Assembly (NCBI GenBank): GCA_045613385.1
Contig: JAZLAW010000002.1
Coordinates: forward strand, 8,630-72,629
Reading direction: 5' to 3'
Length of the DNA stretch: 64,000 nt
Source of the DNA: Acutalibacteraceae bacterium
Lineage (GTDB): Bacteria; Bacillota; Clostridia; Oscillospirales; Acutalibacteraceae
This document shows, one piece after another, positions 58,130 to 64,000 of this stretch (the first letter of the stretch is position 1; every line of letters begins with the position of its first letter). The translations under genes and the position numbers were made by a program. The notes under the pieces are model-generated. The model was not told the origin of the DNA and did not search any database. It was given only the letters and a program-made list of their open reading frames with translations.

Positions 58130-58408
58130 CTAATCATTCAGATATGTATCTCTAACCGTAGAAAGTTTTGTTTGACCAGGTGCTTTTTTTCCATCGGCAG
58201 TTAATACTTCAACGTTGTATCCTGGGTATTGATTTTGAAATTTTTCACGAAAATCACTTACTGAAAATGAATTCCTTGTCATTCTTTCAGCGTAATATTG
58301 TGTAGGCAAAGATGCATCACCGCGAACATTTTTTCCGTTATATAAAATGTTAACTTCAAAACCCTCAATATTATAAATTCGCTTTTCTATATTTTTTACT
58401 AACGGCAT
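58130..58408 (-). CDS. Hypothetical 92-aa protein
   Basis: Good RBS (AAGGAGAGGG). Located 26 nt after the lipoprotein gene stop, so probably co-transcribed with it. No recognisable motif. Confidence 0.55.
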   Translation of the reverse strand: MPLVKNIEKRIYNIEGFEVNILYNGKNVRGDASLPTQYYAERMTRNSFSVSDFREKFQNQYPGYNVEVLTADGKKAPGQTKLSTVRDTYLND

Positions 58409-58434
58409 ATTCCCTCTCCTTTTGCTCTAAATTA

Positions 58435-59415
58435 TCATTGAAATGATTTAGCAGAACTTTTTTGAATCATTTTAGGTTCATCTAACCATTCTCCTTGTTT
58501 ATCAATTGTAACACTATAAAGATTTTTATCCTTGCCTTCAAATGTTAAAACAGCTTTTCCATCAGCAAAATTCTCAACATATTGAATATGCTCATAGCTT
58601 TCATTGCTATTATTATCTATTTTTAATAATGCCTCTCCGTTTTCATCAAAATATTCTACGGTGTTAGGTCTATGACCCAAATAGCCATTTTGCGCATCGT
58701 ATGTAACTACACGTATAAGCCCATCTGAAAGACTAATTGGAGCATCCTCAAAAGAACATAAAAATAATTCGTTAATCTTTACTAGTTTATTTGTATTACA
58801 AAAAAATACTATACTTGACATTTTATTGTTTGTAAGTTCTTTACTACCCCAAATGTTACGAGCAACAATTATATTCTTATTTACAATTATTATATTTTCC
58901 CAGATATCAGCAGTAGTATAATAATCAAATAAAATGTTCCCTACTTTATCTATAACTGAAAATCCAGGGATTCCAATATAATCCTTTTTGTGTTTAACTA
59001 TGGCAAAACCATCTTTAAAATTAGTTGTTTCTTCTATCTCACTCGTCAATGGCATAACCGCTTTTCCGTTAAAATCTATATAACCATACTGTATACCGGT
59101 ATAGTCTGATTTTTTAACCCACATAATACCGTCTTCGCCGAATTTACCATGTTCGGTATATTGCGACAAATCAAGTTTTTCATACGCTTGGCTATAATCA
59201 TACTCTACAATTGTTTCACCATCCACTATTTTGTGTGTAGAATATGGATTTCCGTCTTGGTCTGGTAAAACTGTTTCTTTACTTGATGTCTCTTGTGATG
59301 AAACAGTTCCTTGACCACTACTATAGTCGGAAGTTCCGCAACCGACCAAGCCAATAATAACGACAAGCAATAAACACAAAATACCTACTAATTTTTTCGA
59401 ACTAACCTTTTTCAT
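58435..59415 (-). CDS. Lipoprotein with WG/KWG-type repeats
   Basis: The ATG at 59415 lies behind GGAGGAAAAGAAA. Lipobox LVGC. Repeats of the YGYIDFNGKAVMP...FKDGFAIVK type. Confidence 0.65.
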   Translation of the reverse strand: MKKVSSKKLVGILCLLLVVIIGLVGCGTSDYSSGQGTVSSQETSSKETVLPDQDGNPYSTHKIVDGETIVEYDYSQAYEKLDLSQYTEHGKFGEDGIMWVKKSDYTGIQYGYIDFNGKAVMPLTSEIEETTNFKDGFAIVKHKKDYIGIPGFSVIDKVGNILFDYYTTADIWENIIIVNKNIIVARNIWGSKELTNNKMSSIVFFCNTNKLVKINELFLCSFEDAPISLSDGLIRVVTYDAQNGYLGHRPNTVEYFDENGEALLKIDNNSNESYEHIQYVENFADGKAVLTFEGKDKNLYSVTIDKQGEWLDEPKMIQKSSAKSFQ

Positions 59416-59430
59416 TTTCTTTTCCTCCAT

Positions 59431-59463
59431 AAATAAAAAGTGCGGCTACCGAAGTAACCGCAC
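59431..59463 (-). terminator. Leader terminator immediately upstream of the lipoprotein RBS
   Basis: On the minus strand: GTGCGGTTAC-TTCG-GTAGCCGCAC (one mismatch, UUCG loop), then TTTTTATTT, then ATGGAGG. Confidence 0.6.
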
Positions 59464-59654
59464 AAAAAACCCAAACTCCGATAGTCGCCAAACTAACCGA
59501 GTGTGAAATAGGGCGTAAAAACGCACAACATACAATCGCCGGAATTTGCATTTTTATCAAATTCAAAACAATTATATGTTGCACAAACTAAGCGCATTTA
59601 TCCCTATAAAAAGAAAAATACACCCAATTTCACACAGTATTCAGTTAGTTTGGC
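59464..59654 (-). promoter_or_regulatory. Structured 5' leader (candidate riboswitch/attenuator) of the lipoprotein operon
   Basis: GCCAAACTAACTGA..GTGTGAAAT at the predicted TSS pairs with ATTTCACAC-TCGGTTAGTTTGGC about 130 nt downstream (23 bp, one G-U, a 5-nt bulge). A second AGTTTGG copy offers an alternative pairing. Confidence 0.45.
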
Positions 59655-59660
59655 AAAATT

Positions 59661-59689
59661 AGTATAACACATTAAAATTTAAATTGCAA
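59661..59689 (-). promoter_or_regulatory. Promoter of the leader/lipoprotein operon
   Basis: On the minus strand: TTGCAA, 17 nt, TATACT, with a TGT extended -10. Confidence 0.55.
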
Positions 59690-59692
59690 TAG

Positions 59693-59715
59693 AAAAAGGA
59701 CTCCACATGGAGCCC
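59693..59715 (-). terminator. Terminator of the intact spoIVB
   Basis: On the minus strand: GGGCTCC-ATGT-GGAGTCC (one mismatch) followed by TTTTT. Confidence 0.6.
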
Positions 59716-59721
59716 TTTCGG

Positions 59722-61008
59722 TTATGATGCATCTTTTAATTTTTGTTCTCCCGCCACATTTTGCGCAGTCTCAAGCATATTTTCGGCAAAGATGCCGTAT
59801 CCCTTTGTTGGGTCGTCTATCAGCACATGGGTTACTGCGCCGACAAGCTTACCGTTTTGCAAAATCGGACTACCCGACATACCCTGTACTATTCCTCCGG
59901 TTTTTGAAAGTAATTCGTCATCAGTTATTTCTACAATCAAATTCTGTAAAGAACTTACAGATTTATTTATTGTAATTTTACATTTATATTCCTGTGCAAT
60001 TCCATTTTCAACAGTTGTTAGTATTGTAGCCTCACCATTTTTAATATCTTGCTTTAAAGCAACCGGCATCATTTTCCCATTTATTGAATTTCCGTTACAC
60101 GCGCCATATACTCCGGTTTCACTATTAAGGGAAAAATCGGCATACTTAAGAGACAATAATCTCCCGTGGAGTTCCCCGGGTGAGCCGCTTACGGCTTTTG
60201 TCAGAGAAACTATCTCAGCCGCTACCATTTCACCAGAGCCTATGCTGAGCATTTTACCGGTGTCGTTATCATTAACGCTATGACCGAGCCCACAGACAAC
60301 ATTATTAGTCGGACAGAAAAACGTCAATGTACCTATACCAGCAGAACTATCGCGCACCCAGATACCTGCCTTATACGTCTTTGTACTGGCAGACAAAACT
60401 GGTTTTAACACAAGATTTTTTATAACATTATCCCGTTTAATTACAAATGATAAATCTTTTCCACCGGACTTTTCAATAATTTCGGCAACCCCTTCGTTTG
60501 TATACACCTTTTGGCCGTCTATCGAAATTATAAAGTCACCTATTTGCAGACCGCTCTGTTTTGCGGGTTGAACATATCCGTTTTCGGAATCGACATCACT
60601 AATATCGATTATCAGAACGCCGTCGGTATATATTTTCATACCAAAAGGACTACCGAGCACCGATACATACATATCATCTACAATCTCGACATTTGCGCGT
60701 TTCACAGGAATTATTCCAAAAATCTTTAGTTCGACATCATACTTTGAACCAACTTTATTATACAGTTCTGCCTCGGCCGACAGGTTTTCACAGGGAGAAA
60801 CGCGGACAGGAATATTACTTTTTATTGTCAGATTTGTATTATCAACAATTTTATAATTCGTTACGGTGTTGCTATCAACAAGAAAGACCGCGCTAAAAAT
60901 TAGCACCGAAAAACACATTAAAATTAATGTCAAAAATTTAAAAAATTTAGAAACAGAATTCAAAACTTCCCCTCCTTTTTTACATTCTGCAAATATTAAT
61001 TTGCTCAT
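59722..61008 (-). CDS. spoIVB: SpoIVB peptidase (S55), sporulation signalling protease
   Basis: N-terminal TM helix, a PDZ-like region (GLQIGDFIISIDG), and the catalytic GMSGSPI..NGKLVGAVTHV motif. A TTG at 60963 behind AAGGAGGGG is a plausible alternative start. Confidence 0.9.
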   Translation of the reverse strand: MSKLIFAECKKGGEVLNSVSKFFKFLTLILMCFSVLIFSAVFLVDSNTVTNYKIVDNTNLTIKSNIPVRVSPCENLSAEAELYNKVGSKYDVELKIFGIIPVKRANVEIVDDMYVSVLGSPFGMKIYTDGVLIIDISDVDSENGYVQPAKQSGLQIGDFIISIDGQKVYTNEGVAEIIEKSGGKDLSFVIKRDNVIKNLVLKPVLSASTKTYKAGIWVRDSSAGIGTLTFFCPTNNVVCGLGHSVNDNDTGKMLSIGSGEMVAAEIVSLTKAVSGSPGELHGRLLSLKYADFSLNSETGVYGACNGNSINGKMMPVALKQDIKNGEATILTTVENGIAQEYKCKITINKSVSSLQNLIVEITDDELLSKTGGIVQGMSGSPILQNGKLVGAVTHVLIDDPTKGYGIFAENMLETAQNVAGEQKLKDAS

Positions 61009-61040
61009 TAAACGTTCTTTTATAAGGGTAATTTTTTGCT

Positions 61041-61071
61041 AAAAAAAGAGCAGATGACTCTGCTCTTTTTA
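61041..61071. terminator. Bidirectional terminator after ylmC/ymxH
   Basis: AGAGCAG-ATGACT-CTGCTCT hairpin flanked by an A-run and a T-run. Confidence 0.7.
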
Positions 61072-61329
61072 AGAAATTTTAAGCATTTCGCAATTTACCA
61101 ATATGGTTTCATTACCTATAACTTCAATATCTTTCCAGGGAATTACTATATCATTTTCCTTGCCGAAAAGTCCTAAAAAATGATTTTTACCGTAAATTAT
61201 AATTGCGGTAAGTGTTCCAGTTTCTGTATCAAATTCAATATCTGAAACATTTCCTAAAATTCCACCGTTTTTAACACAAACAACCTGTTTATCCTTTAAC
61301 TCATCAATTCTGAATATCATATAAATCAC
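61069..61329 (-). CDS. ylmC: YlmC/YmxH family sporulation protein (PRC-barrel)
   Basis: RIDELKDKQVVCVKNGGILGNVSDIEFDTETG signature. Confidence 0.85.
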   Translation of the reverse strand: MIYMIFRIDELKDKQVVCVKNGGILGNVSDIEFDTETGTLTAIIIYGKNHFLGLFGKENDIVIPWKDIEVIGNETILVNCEMLKIS

Positions 61330-61365
61330 TCCCAGTAATTTATATGATTAAAATATAAAAAATTA

Positions 61366-62130
61366 TCAATTTTTAATTTTTTCGAGTGCAAATTTTTCAA
61401 GTCTTGATACCTGGGCTTGTGAAATTCCGATTTCTTCAGATACTTCCATCTGTGTCTTTCCTTGCATAAATCTTAAATTTAAAATTTTCTTTTCCCTTTC
61501 ATTAAGATTTTTTATGGCTTCTTTAAATGAAATTTCCTGCAGCCAATTTCTATCATCATTGTTATCTCCAACCTGGTCGAGAACATAAATAGTATCCCCT
61601 CCATCAGAATAAATCGGTTCATAAAGAGATACCGGTTCAACCACACTATCCAATGCTATTACGACATCGCTTATCGGTATTTGTAATTCTGTCGCTATCT
61701 CGGTAACAGTCGGTTCCCTATTAAGCTTTGCGGTCAGTTGCTCTTTTACCTGCATTGCACGATAAGCGGTATCCTTTATCGACCTACTTACGCGTATAGA
61801 ATTATTATCCCTTAAATACCTTCTGATTTCTCCAATAATCATAGGAACGGCGTACGTCGAGAACTTTACGTTGTGGCTATCATCAAAGTTATCTATTGCC
61901 TTAATAAGTCCTATGCAACCTACCTGAAACAAATCATCAAGATTTTCGCCCCTGCCAACAAATCGTTGGATAACGCTTAAAATAAGTCTTAAATTTCCAT
62001 TAATAAGCCTTTCTCTTGCGTTCTTATCACCTTTTTTACATTCAATCAGTAATTTTGTTTTTTCGCTTTCTTTTAAAACAGGTAATTTTGACGTATCAAC
62101 TCCGCAAATTACCACCTTTGTTTTATACAA
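61366..62130 (-). CDS. sigG: Sporulation sigma factor SigG
   Basis: KVVICGVDTSKLPVLK and NGNLRLILSVIQRF..RGE..DDLFQVGCIGLIKAIDNFD match B. subtilis SigG closely. The TTG at 62130 is 9 nt behind GGAGG. Confidence 0.9.
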   Translation of the reverse strand: MYKTKVVICGVDTSKLPVLKESEKTKLLIECKKGDKNARERLINGNLRLILSVIQRFVGRGENLDDLFQVGCIGLIKAIDNFDDSHNVKFSTYAVPMIIGEIRRYLRDNNSIRVSRSIKDTAYRAMQVKEQLTAKLNREPTVTEIATELQIPISDVVIALDSVVEPVSLYEPIYSDGGDTIYVLDQVGDNNDDRNWLQEISFKEAIKNLNEREKKILNLRFMQGKTQMEVSEEIGISQAQVSRLEKFALEKIKN

Positions 62131-62189
62131 AAACCAACACCTCCGTACAATAAAATTATTGCCAGAAACGTTGGTAAATAATCGTACAA

Positions 62190-62222
62190 AAAACAAAATA
62201 GGAAAGGTTTTGCCTTTCCTAT
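62190..62222 (-). terminator. Terminator upstream of sigG
   Basis: ATAGGAAAGG-loop-CCTTTCCTAT hairpin followed by TTTTGTTTTTT on the minus strand. Overlaps the upstream stop codon. Confidence 0.75.
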
Positions 62223-62719
62223 TGTTCTATAACACTTTTAAAATATTCGATTGCTTCATCACGAATTTTATCAACCATATCTGTTTTACTTTCAAAGGAT
62301 ACTTCACTTGAAATAATATTAAGAATTTCTGCTTTAGCCACTTCAGTACGGCCAAGAATCAGATTAAGCAATTCTTTGATATTTTCCTTCTTTTCAACCG
62401 ATAACCTATTACTGAAAGATGTGGCAGACATTACTATTTCCCCGATTATTTTCGAACCGTATTCTATTTCAGGAGAAAGTTCGAAAGGCTCAGAAACAAT
62501 TTCTTCTGCTAATTCTTCGGTCTCAATAATATCATCTGTTGCAGGTTCAACTTCTATTTCTTTTACCTTTTTTAGTTCATCAGATAATTGGCTCTTAAGA
62601 AAGGCTATTTCTTCTTTTAAACGGATATTTTCTTCTGTCAATCTTTTACAATTAAGATTGGCTATTTGTAATTTATCGAACAGTTCCCCGTTCTGTTTAA
62701 TTAGTAATTTACTACCCAT
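62219..62719 (-). CDS. Hypothetical coiled-coil protein
   Basis: 166 aa. N-terminal leucine-zipper-like heptads (LTEENIRLKEEIAFLKSQL) and an acidic middle. No family recognised. Confidence 0.45.
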   Translation of the reverse strand: MGSKLLIKQNGELFDKLQIANLNCKRLTEENIRLKEEIAFLKSQLSDELKKVKEIEVEPATDDIIETEELAEEIVSEPFELSPEIEYGSKIIGEIVMSATSFSNRLSVEKKENIKELLNLILGRTEVAKAEILNIISSEVSFESKTDMVDKIRDEAIEYFKSVIEQ

Positions 62720-63216
62720 TATATAGCACTCCTGTTGCTAATCTTAATTTTTTTATAACAGAAAAAGACAAACCAAATTATAAATATACCAAATATCGCG
62801 CCTGAGCAATCAAGTATTACATCTGAAAACTGACCACTACGGCCGAAAACAAACAACTGATGTATTTCATCGCTTATCGCATAAAAAAGGCAAATCAAAA
62901 AAGAAATAACCATTTTTAAAGATGTTGTAGCAGTATATGTCAACAAATGTCCACAAACAGAAAAACCAAGACACATATAAATAATAAAATGCGCCGATTT
63001 TCTAACAAGTTTCTGATACATTGCTATTATTGATATTTTATATTCGGGAGCGGCATTTTCAAAATCTTTGATGAAAATTTTAGCGATTCTTTCGATTACG
63101 AGTCCACTGCTTTTACTCGAAATATTAGCAGGTTGCGCCGACATCAAAAAGATATAAACCATTGTCGCAACCGCTAATATCAAAAAAGCATACCTAAAAA
63201 TATTTCTCTTTGCCAT
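62719..63216 (-). CDS. vanZ: VanZ family membrane protein
   Basis: RKSAHFIIY and SDEIHQLFV.GRSGQFSDV.LD..G motifs. Confidence 0.8.
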   Translation of the reverse strand: MAKRNIFRYAFLILAVATMVYIFLMSAQPANISSKSSGLVIERIAKIFIKDFENAAPEYKISIIAMYQKLVRKSAHFIIYMCLGFSVCGHLLTYTATTSLKMVISFLICLFYAISDEIHQLFVFGRSGQFSDVILDCSGAIFGIFIIWFVFFCYKKIKISNRSAI

Positions 63217-63218
63217 TT

Positions 63219-64000
63219 TTATAAATAATTACTCGGGTTCCTGTATGCATTGTTGACTACAACTGCAAAATGCAAGTGGTCGCCTGCAGAAAATCCTGTT
63301 GTACCAACATAGCCGATAACCTGACCGCGATTATAATATTTATCATTGTGCATACCCGATGCCACACTCTTCATATGACCGTAAATTGTAAGATAGGAAT
63401 TGCCGTTATACTGACCATGTGAAAGTCTGACGTGATTACCAAAACCGCTGCCGCAACCGCAGCTGGAATACTTCCTATAGTCATGCCTACAACTGTTGAC
63501 AAATTTTGTTACCCAACCGGATGCCGCCGCAACAATCGGCTTTCCTCTTATATTTCCACCTGCAATATCGATTCCATTATGGTTACCGCGATGAAGTGAA
63601 CAGTTACACTTCCAAGGTGAAGATATATAATAGTGTCCAGGAACGGGCCACGCAAATTTACCGTCAAAAATCGCATCAACATCGCCTTCATAAAGAAGGG
63701 TGTTTAAATATTTATTTTGCTCTTCCAAAGCCTTAATCTGACTTTCGGCATTATTGATATCTTTATTGATTGCGCTTATAACACCGTTTACTTCATCAAC
63801 AATTTTATCCTGTTCTGATTTATCTGCTTTTAAGCTTTTAATCAACTCGGCCTGTTCTTGCTGACGCTTTTCATTGGCATCAATCTCAGAATTAATACCC
63901 TCAATCGTTTCAATAAGGCTATCAATAAGAGTACTATCCTGTTTTGAAATACATTTGGTAAGTTCCAGTCGGATAAGAAAATCTGAAAATGACTCTGCAC
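63219..64000 (-). CDS. M23 family metallopeptidase with N-terminal coiled coil, 5' end outside window
   Basis: My translation of the minus frame stays open to nt 64000. HxxxD (HNGIDI) and HxH (GDHLHF) M23 motifs. Coiled coil upstream. Confidence 0.8.
   Translation of the reverse strand, partial: AESFSDFLIRLELTKCISKQDSTLIDSLIETIEGINSEIDANEKRQQEQAELIKSLKADKSEQDKIVDEVNGVISAINKDINNAESQIKALEEQNKYLNTLLYEGDVDAIFDGKFAWPVPGHYYISSPWKCNCSLHRGNHNGIDIAGGNIRGKPIVAAASGWVTKFVNSCRHDYRKYSSCGCGSGFGNHVRLSHGQYNGNSYLTIYGHMKSVASGMHNDKYYNRGQVIGYVGTTGFSAGDHLHFAVVVNNAYRNPSNYL

Noticed and set aside
59402-59584. 60-aa hydrophobic ORF in the lipoprotein leader
   Set aside because: It has a GTG start with no RBS, overlaps the leader helices, the terminator and the start of the lipoprotein gene, and its composition is that of a random AT-rich frame.
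59792-60283. 163-aa plus-strand ORF
   Set aside because: Antisense within spoIVB.
1-64000. Looked for mobile-element and defence hallmarks (transposase, integrase, RM, toxin-antitoxin, Cas, abortive infection, reverse transcriptase) on both strands
   Set aside because: No listed ORF shows the corresponding motifs (DDE, tyrosine or serine recombinase, methyltransferase DPPY/PC motifs, HEPN, RT YxDD). The only signs of foreign DNA are the recombinase-less spoIVB cassette and the AT-rich XRE/peptidase module.

Overview
AT-rich chromosomal segment from an endospore-forming Firmicute. The gene content looks clostridial: ylbJ, ytfI/ytfJ, spoIIR, spoIVB, ylmC/ymxH, sigG and a sporulation-type PBP5. 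There are about 62 protein genes, mostly on the minus strand, and most belong to housekeeping operons: secG, rluB, scpAB, an Rrf2 plus 4-Cys protein pair, dgt-dnaG-rpoD, rpmE, ispE, AsnC plus aminotransferase, ACT/UPF0210, uvrB, trmB, a complete argGHCJBDF operon, a Na+-pumping oxaloacetate decarboxylase operon (oadG-BCCP-oadB-oadA), a split chrA pair and an aroE-aroK fusion. Accessory content is a roughly 13-kb Wzx/Wzy-type polysaccharide cluster (24.9-38.0 kb) built around a TviB/TviC-like UDP-GalNAcA pathway with two putative carboxylate-modifying enzymes, and two tandem Gfo/Idh/MocA paralogues with an AraC regulator and a decayed transporter gene. There is one tRNA gene, Leu-CAG. I saw no CRISPR array, transposase, integrase, restriction-modification genes or recognisable defence genes. 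Four things are most worth a second look. (1) The tRNA-Leu is preceded by an exact 25-nt copy of its own 5' end and a 144-nt strongly structured spacer, all behind a consensus promoter. (2) A 1.9-kb cassette sits in the 3' end of spoIVB, bounded by two diverged copies of the last 51 codons, with no recombinase. (3) That cassette starts with a roughly 240-nt leader closed by a 23-bp helix and ending in a terminator next to the RBS. (4) An S11 DD-peptidase homologue has circularly permuted motif order, lacks a signal peptide, and sits under an XRE regulator with paired 17-bp palindromic operators. All functional calls come from motif recognition by eye and no database search was run. Start codons were refined from RBS context where stated.
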